Both the position numbers and the translations under genes were made by a program. A stretch of 63,605 nt of DNA, counting the filler, from Reticulomyxa filosa (taxonomy: Eukaryota; Protista; Foraminifera): assembly GCA_000512085.1 (NCBI GenBank). It is 18 parts of 18 records of this genome, joined end to end, with 100 filler letters (N's around TTAATTAATTAA, not from the genome) between each part and the next. Parts side by side here need not be neighbours in the genome. Positions count along the whole stretch, not along the records: positions 12,247 to 27,157 come from ASPP01019860.1; 17 more parts are not named here. The stretch is one strand, 5' to 3'. How positions within the stretch are numbered: position 1 is the stretch's first letter; the number at the start of each line of letters is the position of its first letter. A model generated the notes under the pieces. The model was not told the DNA's origin. It saw only the letters and a list, made by a program, of their open reading frames with translations, and did not search any database. This document shows, piece by piece, positions 12,247 through 27,000 of the stretch.

Positions 12247-13678
12247 TTTTTTTTTTGCAATTTTATGTTAATATAAAAAAAACGAGTTACATAGTCAGGT
12301 TTTGTTAAAAAATAATAAAGGAATCAATATGCATACGTATACATATACAAAATAAAACACAAAAAAAGAAAAAAAAGAACTGGTCCCAAATCGACCCATT
12401 GATGTGTATCGTGGTTATTGGTCTGTGTTTGTTTGCTTGCATCAATGTATGCTTGATAACCTTTTTGAATATCAGTAAGATAAGAAAAATTGAGACGGAA
12501 AATCTCTTTGCGACCGTGGGGATAAAAAGTGTCAAAGGTTTTAAAGCGTCCATTGGTCGTTAACTGCGAGTGTAAATCTAAGACCATTGATCGAAAGATC
12601 AATGCATGTACAAAAAAAGATAAATTCTCCATTGCATAACACTGCGATAAAAACTGTGCAAAAAAATCATATTCATCCGTCATCTCGCTCGTCAAATACT
12701 CGTGTAATTGCACACGACGATTTAACTTCTCGCGAATGCGTTCCAGGGCGTGAATATGTGATCGGTCCAGTGTTCCACTCTTTTTTTTTTTAATTTGTAA
12801 ACTTTTGCTTCACCTCCCCCCCCCTTTGCCCCCCTTTTTTTTTTCCTCCAAAAAAACAAGAAAAAAAAACTGCGTTGGTTGCAAATTTTTTCAAATCTTC
12901 TTTGTTCATAAGAGCACTAGCACTGGCGCTGGCTTTGGTCTCCAATTTGGTGGTTATATTTCTATTGGATCGACGATGGAATTGCAAAAGGCGAAGTAGA
13001 GGAGACGCAAACATATATGAGCCAATGAACCCAACTGTTGGGTCCATATACGTACAATATACATATACACATACGTATATACATATATACATTTATATGT
13101 ATGAATATATACACATATTTTGACATGCGTAAATGCTTAGAGGGGAGAAAGGGGACAAACACAAAGGGAGAAATAAAAAAAAAAAAAAAGAAAAGATAAA
13201 TACGAAACATAGAAAGTGAATGATGACAAAGGACCAATGATAATGAAGTGCGCTGGGCTGCAAAATGTTGTGGTCGGTGGGAGCATTAACTTGTTGTTCA
13301 ATCCATTGAAACGTCCACCATAAGCCAAGAGAGTACGTAGCAACAGCAGTGACAATGCACTCTTGAATGCTGCCGATTTCGTCGTTGGCACGTATGGTTT
13401 TGCGCAGCAAGTAGGCGAGATTGAGAAGGAGTACTCCCCAAGGGAACAGCATCATCCAATACAAGATGTTGGACACATGTGGAGTTCGGTTGGAAGAGAA
13501 CATGGCCGCACACCAAACGATCGTTTGAAATAGTGACAACGACGTTACGACAACGGCACTGACGACATACACCATTTGCAAATGAGTTTGAAACAAAGTT
13601 GCCGTGATCCATGGACAGCACTGCGGATGAGCAGAAGAGAGTTTGGCTTGGAGAAACAAAGGGATCGACTTTTGCAAG

Positions 13679-13709
<31 letters not shown>

Positions 13710-14514
13710 GTTCGATGGCCGAAGACGAGAGAGAGATATTGTATGAAGTGCTTCGGACGGAATTGACATCACGTGACATTACTATGTCTTCGTCTTCATA
13801 TTCATCATCTGCATTTGTCTTTCCATTGTCCACTATTTGCTTGACCTCCTTTGTCTGGACATTCTTTTCTTCTTGCTCTTGGATTGTTGGAATTACAAGT
13901 CCATTTACATTTCCATTTACATTTACATTCCCATTTTGATTATCTGGTATTGGAGTTATTGTACTGCTTATTACTATCTCCTTTGCTTCATCTACTCGTA
14001 TCGACAAACTCTTCACATTCATTTCCGTTTCGCTCATACGCGTGCTTCTTTCTTTCATCATCTCTTTCGCCTTCTCTTTCGCTTTCTCTTCTTCTTTTTT
14101 TTCTTCTTGCACACGCTCTATCATTGTCTTGCCTGCTTTTTCTCCCGGCACTCGCGGCTCCATTATTTTGTTGTCATAACGTCGTAATAAATTGTTCTGT
14201 GCTGTTTCCAAACGCTGATATACCGTGTATAGTCGTAACATGAATACTGCACATATTATGAAAATACTCCCGTGACACGTCCCCATCATCACTATTGATG
14301 CCTTCACCTCCTCCTTACTATAATACGCTATCACCTCGATCACAAACGAATAGCACAGCAGCACGCTTATTATGTACATATGAGACGGCACGCGGCCTTT
14401 CATCACGTACAAGCCATTTGAGCGGTGGTAGTGAAAAATAAATAGCACAGAAATCGCTGCCAGGGAACACAGGCAAAATAAATCCAATATTATGCCTACC
14501 AACACAACCGTCAT
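12247..14514 (-). CDS. 7TM receptor-like protein fused to a C-terminal RGS domain, multi-exon, 3'-truncated
   Basis: TM1-3 (MKGRVP loop, RLYTVY after TM3), a long low-complexity loop, further TMs (DEIGSIQEC), then the RGS box YDFFAQFLSQCYAMENLSFFVHALIFR near 12590-12680. Confidence 0.75.
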
Positions 14515-15007
14515 ATTGTTTTTGTGTCGGTTACACCCCAAATTTTCTCAAACTCGTATTAGGAACCTCTTCAAAAGTACTTATTCAGATATTTGTGCCT
14601 CATTTTGGTTTAAAAGAAAAAAAACCGTGTTAATTTTGGAATATTAACTGAACAAATAATGAATAAATTTAGTGTTCGGCAAAATTTTTTTTATTTTGAG
14701 CGCTGACAGAAAGGAGAATCAAACTCAATATTATGACAATTGCTTGCGCTTTTGAATTAAAGTCAAACAATGAAATTTTGAAATTGCAAATATCACTTTT
14801 CAGTGAAAAGTAAAATTTCTAAAAATTTTATAGAGAGAAGTTTTCCTTTTTAAAAACCCTCAAATAAATTTGGCATTTACAGGCATATTTTGAAAATTAA
14901 ACCCAATATGTTGCAAATATTAAGCAATGAGTCACCAAATGCAAGACATGCAACACAATCTCCTCTCAATGTGAAGAAACGAGTGATTATATATTTTGTT
15001 TGTTTGT

Positions 15008-18000
15008 TTAGAAATCGTCCACCCAGGCTTGCAAAGAAGACGAAGTTGGATCAAAATCGATATCAATAGCTTGACAATTGTGAATAGCGAATCGCAGTTT
15101 ATCTCGACAGAGTTCAAAAGTGGAATAAGGCGGTAGATCAATACTGAAAAAGCAAGTATGAGCAATCGGTAAAGAGTCTTCACTAGTGCTCAAAGCCTTG
15201 ATAGCAAAGTTGCTTGTCCAGTCGTTTTCAGTGAGTGGAAGTCTGTTTCTGCCCCAAACAAATCTTAAAAATAGTTGTCGTTCCTCTTGTGAAAACGCGT
15301 ATAAGGTCTTCCAGAAGAACTTGACGACGTCGGATGAAGAGGAGAGTCCACCTTGGTAAACCGTGTGTCGACGCAAGGCCTCAATATCAATGTTTGGATT
15401 ACCGCACACGAGCACTTCCAAATCGTACCAGTTGAACAGAGATAGCATGCGAGCAGGAACTACTTGATTCAGTCCTTTGGCAATGGCTTTCATTTGCTCG
15501 GAGCTTTCATTCAAGCGTTTCTTGATTACGAGCGACACAAACTCGTGCAAGTTTTTCTTTGTCACATCGATATTCTTGCCATTCTCTTTCAATTCTATTT
15601 CCGTGCCATCGCTCAGTTGTGTGGTAAATCTCTCATACACAACATAATTGAACGATTGTTCGTCAATCTTCTCCAACTCATTCAATGCTTGGACACACAA
15701 TTTATCAATCGCCTCCAAGTCCGATATATCAATCTTTTCATCCGGCAACAACTGCTTCCAGACGATAGAGGGCAAGTCAAAGCCCAGAGTTTGCTTCGTG
15801 CGCAAGGCAATGCCCATCAACACACCGACAAACTCAAACATGCTCAGATGCAAGGAGGACGTGCAAGAGGGACTAGGAATCCACTTTTCACGATTTAGTC
15901 CGACGCTATTTCTTCCGTTTGGACTCAGCACAAACAACGGAGTGGCATCGCTTTGCAAATCGCTAATGGCATTGGTAAGAGACTCGCGATAAGGGCCGCC
16001 AATGTCGGTGGACCCTTCTCCAATGAACTGAACGTTCCAAAGCTGTTGTCCAGAGGTGCCCCGGAAAGAGGAATAGCGAATGTTTTTCAGTTGCGTGAAC
16101 AGCTGTCCAAATGTGGACTTGAGGCCAGTGGGGTCGTTTTTCGTTTCACGTGACCTCGCCGCCTTGATACGATTCACGGAAATGCGCGGTTTGTTGCGCT
16201 GACTAAACACACAAGAACTAGCGAGCAAAGTATCAAACACTGATTTTTTGGTGCTCATGAAATAGCAGCCTTTCAATGTATAGATCTGAGATGACAGCGA
16301 CAATGACGATAAAAACTCTGCATCTTTTTTGCTCTCCTCAATCAATGGATTGCTGCTATTCTTTTGCGAGGTTTGATTACGTGCCAACGCAGACAAAAAT
16401 GATGTCGCGAATGACGTTAGCGCGTTCATTGTGCTTTCGTCGTCCTCTGCAAACAGAGTGACATCAATATAATGCAGCAACGGTGTCACTAATTTGTTCA
16501 AGTACTTGACCACTGCAAAGCGGCCTTGCAACTCTTCATTTTCGGTTGTCCCCAGTTTCTTGAAGCGGTTCAAGTCGTCCTTGTTCGGGATCAGCATTAC
16601 CGAGTCGAGAGTGGTCACATCCACACCCAAGCGCGCGGCCACTGTTTGCGACATTTCGGTCAATGCTTCGTCCATTGGCAATGTCCAGTTGACGCTCTTG
16701 GATTGGATGATCGACTTCAACAAGCGGATAATGTCATTGCGTCGTTTCACCGCTTTTTCGTGATCGCCAATTAAGCCAGCCAATGGGTGTGATCCGTGGA
16801 TACAATCGAAGGAAATGTATTCAATACTAAGACTGCCAAAGTCCCCTCCGTCGCGAGAAACCATTTTCAATGTAACAAACTTGCCTGTCACAGGTGGGAG
16901 CAGTTTAATATAGCCGGACCCATTTGTAGTTTCCGTGAAGCCGACAGGTTCGTGCGGCTTGTGCACAGTCATGTTGGAGCTTCGTCGTCGCGAGTCAAAG
17001 CTGTCAAAGTTCTTTTGGTCCCAATGGCGACACCAGTCAAACGAATCGAAATCGGGGTCGCTGTTGCCAACAAACACAAAGACTCGGAATGAGGCCACCG
17101 ATGGAGGACAACGCACGCTCACGCCTCGCAGCACAAACTCCACGGGCTCGTGTCCCGACACTTTGAACGTGATATTGGTGTTGTCTGGTCGCATCGAGTA
17201 CACTTGCACCGAGTTGTCCACCAACAGATTATCTGCGTTTGCTCCTCGAATGGCATTGGACTTGACCACTTCGAATCGCATCTTTTGAGAGTATTCCAAG
17301 GATGCCTCGCTGGTCAAAGCGCTGTCAATTATGTTATCTGGGAGTGTCACGCGTTTCGTCAAAAACATGGTCACGTCACTAGCCAGTTGATAGCGTTTCA
17401 TCCATGACGACGACGAAATACCGACATGCTCGAACGATGCATAGCCCTCGCTCGCGGGCGGTGGGAACGCAAACTCCTCCGAACCCAAGTTGATCACACA
17501 CTGCGAGTTTTGATTCAATGACACGCATGGGAACAATCCCTCCTCGCACTCGATTCCGCTAAATACGTGACCGGAAGGAAGGCCGTCGAATGTAAACTCG
17601 ATATACTTGTCTTCCAAGTTCAACTTCACTCCAATCACCACTCCAGAGCCCCAGTTGGGTCGTGCTATGTCGCCCTTGTCACCTCGCACTGGATGCACTG
17701 ATCGACAGCGATGCATAAATGTGGTTTTGGGGCCTGTCACACTCCAGGCATTGCCGTCCGAGTCGTTGCCAATGCCATCGTTGCTGCGCTTGCGATAATT
17801 GCGATTGATTACGCCGATGCAGGCATAATTACACTGTCCAGTAAACTTGCATTCGAAATACCATTTTCCGCCTCGAACACATACATCGGCAACAAAGTCG
17901 TCGATAAAGTATTGATTGTGCGGGTCGGGCTTGGTCAACAATGTTCGCGACGGCATTATCTTTTCATACATCAATGTGATCATGGAGCATTTGGATGGAC

Positions 18001-21000
18001 CATCTCTATATTTGGAGAAGGCTTCCATTACATAATCGGGGACTTTTTTCTCTTCTTTCATTTCATTATTATTATTATTATTATTATTGTTGTTGTTGTT
18101 AATATTTGGATGCTCTTTTTGTTTTGGAATGATTGTTCGAACGGATAGCAGCAATTCCAAAAGTGTTTGAATATGAGGTCCCGGCAAAGATCCGCTACTC
18201 CATTGTGTCAATGTCCATGTACGCAAGCCTTCATGTGCTTTTTCTAAATTGTCAACGCACTCGGCAATGAGCGCAATCACCTTTGCGCTGAAAGTCTTGT
18301 CCTCCAAGCGTGGGACCGAGTTCCACTGGTTCGAAATGCACGTCGCAATGCGAGCAATGGCTTGCGCAGACTTGCGATCGTGCGCGTGTTCCAAGCTACG
18401 TAAGAGCTGCAACAGGATCATGTCCAAGCTGGCGACACGTGCGACCAAGATGGCATTGATGAACACCAAGGCGCTATAAATGGTTCCTTCCAACACCTCG
18501 TTTTCCAAAATGCAAAAGTCGCTGGTCAAATCCATGACGGTGAAGTTGACTTCGGCCGGCGGACATCCGCTGTACCAATTGGTGGACGTGACCGTGTAAT
18601 AAAACTTGCTTCCTTCCACGACTTGGACATGTCGAGTAAAGTCAAACAAATCCACAGTGAATCGAGCCAGCAATTTTTTTCGATTTTCGTCTTGATAAAT
18701 GGATACATGGACAGCACTTGTATTCATCAAAGACGGATCGGGGCCAACCACAATCTTCAATTTCTGCGCGCCTGGCCATTCGAACGATAAGGATTTGACA
18801 CGACCCTCTTCCTCGCGTGAGTTGAATCCGCCGTGACGATTGCTCCTTCCGTGCACCGACACAGTCATGCGTCGAACGGTGGATCCATCGTTGTACTGAA
18901 GTGCGGCGGAATCGTCAACGTCCTTTTTTGGCTTTCTTCGGAACAATTGTCGGTTGATTGCCAAATTTCTTAGTATCGATTGCGAGCAACCCATCAAAGT
19001 ATGCAAGTAATACTTGTCAGTTTTTGTTTGCTCGTCTCGCAAGCAACGCACCAATCGTCCGGTAATGTCCATTGGCCTCATCGACTTGACTGGGTCCAAT
19101 TCCGCTGCAGGATGCGGTCGCAATGACAAGCAAATATGCATGATCTGCTCAAACTCCTTTGGCGTGACCATGTTGTGCAATGACAATTGCATGAACAATG
19201 ACAGTAGTGAACGACGCATGGCATGCACGGACAGCGCGTGATCTGTGATCAGCACATGGAATAGCAAGTCATGCGTGGTCAAATATGCCACGTGATTGTA
19301 CCATTCTTTCGACGAGGCATTGGGCTCACTGTTGATATACTCTTCCACTTGCGTAAAGAAATCCGAACCGTCATTATCGCCCCAATTGTCTCCAGTTTGT
19401 TGTGACGACTGACTCGATGATCCTGTGGTCAAGCTGCGCAACATTGCATCCTGGAAATCTTTCCATTTTTCGGCCAAGTTCCATTTGTTTGAAGTATGCA
19501 ATTGATCTTCCTCAAGTTCCTCCAACGTTACCATTTTCAATTGATCTGCAGATACTGTTTTCGATAGCTCCTTTTCTTTGGCGATTCGGTCTTTTTCTTT
19601 TTCCTCCACTGACTCAATGGTTTGAACCAACCATTCTTTGTTGGCCTTAATCCACGCATCGGCGGCCTCGACCGTGGTATTGCCATCTTTTTTCAAAGCT
19701 CGTTTCGCCAAGCTTTCGTGGTGGCCTTTGTTTTTCACAATTCCTGAATCATCAATTGCCGATTCAATGCCTTGGGATGATGATTTTTTTTCACGCCTAG
19801 CAGCAAACGCATGGTTTTCGCCGCGCTTTGTGGAATGGCTACCACCAACATATTTTTTATCGCCTCCACATCATCTGCCTCTGTTTTCTCTGATTTTTCA
19901 TCTTTGCCACCGCTACCGCTGCTACTACTGCTACTGCCACCACCAATACCACCTCCCGATATTGACATATCTGTTATTGAGCTACTTATGTCATCTCTTA
20001 CGTTAAATCCGCTTCCGTCGAGTTCCTCCTCTTGTATTCCTCGTTTGCCACGTGCAAATGCCCGTGGGTTCAAGTCCATGTGTGCGCTTTGTGAAGCCAA
20101 CTCGACCATGTCCGTCTTTGCTCCCGCTTTCTTTTCTTTTTTGCCTTTTTTTTCTGTTTCTGCCTTTTTCACTTGCAGACCTTCTGCTGATGCTTTCTTG
20201 GAATGCAACGCCAAGATCACGGCCATTGCACCGAGCTCTTTGATCTTTCGTAGTCGCGGCTTGTATTTGCCGTACGTATCCACCAGCACAATTTTGCCTT
20301 GGCATTTGGCAGACGTCGGCTCTTCGTTCAAACGGATGTAACTTAACAGGCCTTTGACATTGCCTTTGGTCGACTCGCTCAGGCCCGTTACTCCTTGATG
20401 TTGCTGTTCCAAATGCTTGCCCAAACACGTGAATTCGGCGGAAAATTCAACGGCCGGATGCTTCACACGTACACTCAGTTCGTGGGTGTGCTCGATGCTA
20501 ATTTCAATCGCTTCGTACTTACGACTTCTTCGCAACGCCTCATTCATCAAAATGTGCGATCGATCGCACAAGACGCTGGTGGGCACTTCGCACAATTCGT
20601 GAGTACGCACAAATGCAATTGACGACAAAATTTTGGCGGCGTTGGGTTGGAACCATTGCACAAACTGCTTCAACATGTCTCCATCTAACAATAAGCCATT
20701 CAACACTTGGCTCGCCAGAGCTTGGATTTTGAAATGCACAACATCCAGAAGCTCGATTTTTTCTTTGAACACGTCAGTCTTTTTAAATGGACGCGACAAC
20801 ACATTTACTAGATTGTCCATAATCTTTTGCCATTGCATAGACTTGGCAAAGGTAGTGACGTCAAACGGCTCGTCTCCGAGTGCGACCACTTCTTGAATGG
20901 TTGCCTTGTCGATCACTGACCCTTCGACCTCGCGAATGAGAGTGAGTCGATTTTTGACGATCGATCGACTGGTTACAATCGCGACCACTTCCTCCGGAGC

Positions 21001-24000
21001 ATAGAACACGCGACTGCCGACACGAATGTTGTCGGAATATCCGCCCAACAGAGCCAAGGCGCCCACACATCGAAACAGATCATCGCCGATATCGATATTG
21101 TCAGCATGTGTGGACAGATATGTCAATGCCTTTTGAACGGTCGAACTGATGATCGGCTGCCACGATAAGGGCGACTTTCTCACCAAGTGTCGCAAAGTCA
21201 TAATTTCTTCTCCACAGATCGAAACAAAGTCGGACGAGTGCAATAAAGGCAATTTCAGGTTGGACAAATAATCCCATAGCTTTTGTTGCGTTTCGGCTAC
21301 CATTGCAGGCTGCTGCTTTCCGTCAAAGTAAGATGCAAACATCGGCGCACACAACGAGCATCCGATATCCTTCAGCAGTTTGTTGATGAACATGGATTGC
21401 GTGCCGTCTTCGCTCGCCTTGGCGGACTCGCATTCATCCAACACTTCCCACTTGGGAGCGCATTGCGAGGACAATACGCGTCGCAAGATACGCAATGTGA
21501 CCACACGTGTGCGAGGGGACCCATTCCACAGCAATCGCAGCAACGCCGAAAGACTTCTCTTTTGAGAGAACAAATACAAGGCCGAATTGTTCGTGTTGTG
21601 TTCAATGTCCAAAGAAGGACCTTGCTGGCCCGTCTCACGTTTAGAGTCTTCGTCATGACTTGGTGTTGATTGTGTCTCGCACAACTCCTCCACCAAATTC
21701 AACACACGCACATGGAATGACTCCTCCTCCGTTGTGGTTTGTTCCATCAAATTGTTATTCGTGTCCCTACTGTCCGTGGTATTCTCTTCTTCCTGCTCTT
21801 CCGTCAAGCCTGATGCGGCCGTAGCAATGCCATATCTCGACACCGTTGCCACCTTGCGTGACAACGACGGGTCTTCCTTTTCCTTTTTCTTGGCACTGAA
21901 CTTGATCTCGCAAGCCGATGGCAGCTGCGGGACCCAAGGCCCTGGTTCCTCTGGCTTTATCTGAGAGATTTTGTCCAGTTGTTCCAATACCATCAAATAA
22001 ATGTTTTCCAAGTACGAATTCATACGCTCGTCACCCTTGGAATGGCCAACATATTGGTCTTGGCGAATCGACATTGTGACCGAAGCCAGCATTTCCAACA
22101 AGGACCAGGCTGAGGTCTGATAGCCCACCTCAATGGTTTTGATTTGACCATCCTCACTTTTTTGGCTTGTCTCTTTGTTCTTTTGACTCTCCTCCTTTTC
22201 TTGTCCTTTCTCTTCTTTTATATTGTGATCCAACAGTATCTTCAAAGCATCAAAGATTCCTACTCGATCCATCAGCTCAAACTCGCGTCGACTCGAATCC
22301 AACACAAACGCATACAACGTAGCCTGAATAAAGTGCGAACCCGATTTCAACGGGTTTTTCAAGTATTGAATAAGCAGCGAATACAAGAATTGCGTGGCGT
22401 CCAACAGATCGTCCGTCAGACCATATCCAATCGGAGCCAGTCCGGCAAAGATGCTTGGGGCCTGCCCGACAAATGCGGTCGAGTGCGATTCTTGCAAAGA
22501 AGGGATTAAAAAGTGCAACAGCTCTCTTCGAACAATGCTAAAGTTGCTAGCACATTCTTCCAACAGCACACGCAGAACTCGCAACCCAAAGCTGCGCATA
22601 CGAGCATAAATGCGATCTGCTTCGATGCGAGCAATCAGTTTTTGCGTCTCAATTTTTTCAGTGTCCAAAAACTTGAGTACCAATTTCCACACAATCGAGT
22701 ACCTTTGCTCGGTGCTTGCCGACTTCAGTTGCACTCCTTCTTTCGTGCTATGCCACGCCATTAAGGCCGCGGTTGTCTGCTGAGCCTTTTCAGGAACGAC
22801 ATCGGCCGACTTGTTGCGCATCAACGTTGGAATAGGCAAATCTTCCACCACTTCGGATTGAACTGCCAACACTTTTAATAAAAACTCGCAACGGGCTTCA
22901 ATTTCCACACAAATATCTTGATACAATTTCACCTTATCCACAGCGATGCTTTCATCGATTGTACTCTCATCGACATCGACATCCGTTGCTTCTTTCTTTT
23001 CTTCCGCGTTCGCTTCGTTATCTTCTTTTTCGTCCTTTCTTTCCGACAGCTTCTTTTGCTCTTGTTTCAATTGAGAAATGGATCCGGAGGATGGATTGTT
23101 GCCTCGTTTTTCGTCCTTCTTTTCTTTCTTCGAATCTTTCTTGGATTTTGCATCTTTGGCGGCATCCTCTTCTACCGGTGCCTCTGGTGTCGAAATACCG
23201 CTACTCTTTTTCATCTCCTCCATTTTTTTCTGAATCAACTTCTCTTCCATACTCTTTTCATTGTCTTTTTTTTTTGATGACTGTGCTTTTGTATCTTTAG
23301 CACTTGGATCGTTTTCCTTTTTCGTCTCTTTTTTTTTCTCTTCTTCTTCTCCTCCCTTCTTTTCCTTGCCTTTTTCCTTTTCCTTTTTATTGCCACCACC
23401 CTTGTTTTTGTTTTCCTTTTTTTTATTGTTTTGCGCTTTTTTCGAATTGGCATCATTATCTCCACGTCCTCGACGATTTGTTTTTTTCGACGACTCTTGC
23501 GACGGTGGCTGATTCGCGGATTTGGTGGGCTTTTCATCCTTCGTTTGCTGTTTTTTGCGTGTTATTTCCGCTTGCTTTGCGTTCAACTCTATCTGGAATT
23601 TCTGAACCAACCATCCGCGCAATTTCTGGGCCGTCTTCCAAACACGTTGGATGCTTTCCGGAATGGCAATGTGTTTGCGTCCTTGACTACTGCTGCCGCT
23701 GCTATGCTCTGCAGCACCTCCAGCAAACATTTCTTGCTCGGAGAGCAGTTTCAAAGCGGTTTTGGTTAGCAGGTTGTGTTTGATTAATACGGCAAATACG
23801 TGAGTGACGGCATTGGTCACACAGATTTCCACATCGGTGCTTGGCAATGGAAACGATTGGAAAGGTATACGTACCATCAAAGGCGCCAAATCTTTTGCAA
23901 TTTGCAGATAATCGGACACATCTTTGCCACTGTTGTCGCGAATATTAAAGCGTGAATCCCCTTCATCTCGATATTTTTTCAAAGCAGGACTCAAGTCGAA

Positions 24001-27000
24001 GGGTAAGTAGTTGAGTGATTCTCGCTCTTTCAAATCACGTTTGCGGTCGTACTCAATGCCTTGTGACAAGAGATCGTTCTTCAGCCAATCGAGCGAAGAT
24101 CGGTCCAATTCAGGTCCCAGATTCATCCACGGCGAGGCAATGTACACGCCAGCACATTTGCTTGCCAACAAAGCGGAGCTCTTGGTCAAGTCCAAGATCC
24201 ATGGCAACTCATAACGCACTTCCTCAATGGTTGCTGATACCAGCACTTTGAAGCCCCAGGCATTGGATTGGTAGCCACTGTTGTACACAATGGAAAGTGT
24301 GTCTCCACTCACATAAATGGGCTTGTTTGGAGCGCTGAGGAAATTGGCTCCTTCGATCGGGTCCTGTTGATTGGGACGGCGATACAATGTCAATGACGCA
24401 CCAGGCGCTCTCGAATCAAATGTTTGGGAGAAAAATGCTCAGCTTGAGTGTCTTGGCGCCGGGGATCGACACTGTTTTCTCCGTCGTGCCTCTTTGAGCT
24501 GGATGTGTGCTTTCCACGGTCACCGTGCGATCTACAATGACTCGCTCGTGCTTCCCGGAAACAAAATCTCTTTCTGAAACCAAAATGTTTGGCAGGTCAC
24601 GCATCAACGTGTTCAAGGCGATTAGCAGACGATGGATGTGCACCAAAATTTGGCTGGCCAACTTGGAGTCGATAGCAATACCCCACATCACGTTGATCAA
24701 CGGAGGCAGCAACTCACCTATGCGCTCTTCAAAGATCTTCACAAGAGATGCCTGCACGTGCAATTCCAGCTTGTCTTTTCTGCTGTTCACCATTTCGATC
24801 AACTCCGAACAATGGTCTATCAGTCGGAATGCATAGGGAAGACCATAATTGGTGTATACGTCTTTTTCGTTCTTGCCCATTTCCGAATTGAATAAGCAAA
24901 TCTCCATTCGCGCCAAAAATTGTCTTAAAGTGCATATGAGGTCTTTGTCTGAGGACTTGGAAGGCAAGATACTTTCGGTACTACTATTGCTATTATTGCT
25001 ACTGTTGTTGAATGAACCCGGAGTGACGGTTGGGTTTTCCAAATGACGCTCCATTGCAAACTTGGCGTCTTCGAATATCAATTGCAAGACACTATGTAAT
25101 AACAAGCATCTTGGATACATTGGCGAGTCTTTTCCTTTTTTGTAAATGGCGATCAATGCCGGCACCAATCCAATCAAATTGTGGGGTTGTGTCAAACTAT
25201 CGAAATAGCGACTGGCCAAAAGCAGACGCAGTGGGTTGGGTGAACTTGTGTTGAGACAGCCTTCCACGTGATCAAACAGTATTCCTACACGGTCGATTGG
25301 ATCCATATAAAACACCGACAGACCAATGCTCAAGCACTCGGCCACTTCCATGTGAATGGCATCCTCCAATAGCTTGGGCTTGCGTCGCACTGGACGGTCA
25401 AAGACTAAACGATTCAACAGCGTCACATAGCGTTCTCGAATCGTTTGCGAGTCTTTCACGATTATGCCGAGGTCATTTTTTTTACGTTGATTGAAGCCGC
25501 ACGACGTCGGGTCCACGTTCCATGTCACCAAATGACTAATGTTGGCGCGCAGCAATCGAATAATGGTCAACAGTGACAACATTCGAACTTCTTCCAAGTT
25601 TTCCCGAGAAAATCCCTCCTCCAACACATCTCCCAAAGGTGTCACGTCTTTTGGTTCGGTCCACTCGTTGCTGTAAAACTCACTCGTCAAACGCTCTGCA
25701 ATCTCCAGCAGCGACTCAAAGGTTTGCGTGTTCAGATCGACGCCAAAGGGGATCGACAGCGACATGGGCACAGCTTGCAAGGTGTTGACAGTGCGCAGCG
25801 AGTCGCAGTCGCGGTCCAATTTCACAATGATGTTTGACAATGCTAGTGTCGCAGACACTTCATCCGTCCATTCACCTTCTTTCACCGATATCGCACTCAT
25901 GCTGGTCGCGGCGCTGGCCATGACATCTCCATTGTCATCTCCGCTTTCCGTAACGTCATTGTTGTCTTGGGGTGTGTCTTTCGATGGGAGCGCATCCACG
26001 CCAGGCAAGCCATATCGCTGCAGCAGTCTTTGAGGAGTCATTTGCTGCGCCTGTTCATGCGCTCCTTGCATTCGTTTAGCTCTCCATTTGCTAATCACTG
26101 TTACAATTAAGTGTGTTTCAGTGTTGATGTCAACATTAAGTAATTAGAGAGTAATCGCATTATGTACATATATATACATATATATATATATGTATATATT
26201 TATGTGATAGGATAATAATATATATACATAAAACAAAACCTGCAGGGGGTTGCATGGAATGACAAGTGGAGGAAGATGAAGATGGTTCCGAAGAAAATTG
26301 CCACATACGTTTACCATCGCCCGTGAAACAAGCCGCTTCGATCGTTGCAAAGTCGTCGTATTCGATTTCCTCTTGCAGCAGTCCCGTGTCTAATGAAAAC
26401 TTTTGTGCGATGCCTTGGCATTTTCGATTCAAAAACGTGTTGGTGGGATGTGCGATAACCAGTGTCTCTCCATTGGTGTAAAAAGTGGCCGTGGCGGCAA
26501 CCGAGGGACTGAATTCTTGGATCGTCTCCGCACCTGCATGTGCGGTGCGCAACAAATAAGGTCGCAACTCGCTCTTCCAATCGCATTCTTTGACAAAGCC
26601 GTAGTTATTGTACGAGGACAAGTCTTTGACAAAGAGTCCAAAGCCATCGTTGCAAGGCCAAAATCCACGCAAATGCGGCTGCGCTAAGATATCTTCCGCT
26701 CGGCCTTTCATGTTTCGTTTGACTTGCTCTTCGGTGCACGCACAGCTCCAGATTCGAATATCACAGATTTGACCAAAGAACGAGTAGCCAGGAATACTGC
26801 CAACTATCCAACTGTTGCTGTTCGCTTGGGGTACACAAGCAGAGTTGGAGGCCGCTGCACGCGTGGCGACGGTCAATATTCCATTTACGTAGATACGCCA
26901 CGTGGAGTCACTCGGACTAAAAGCGGCAGCAATATGCGTCCAGTCTGCAATCTCCGCTTGCAATGTCGCATGGCAACTGCCCGAGCCCAACGAACTGGAG

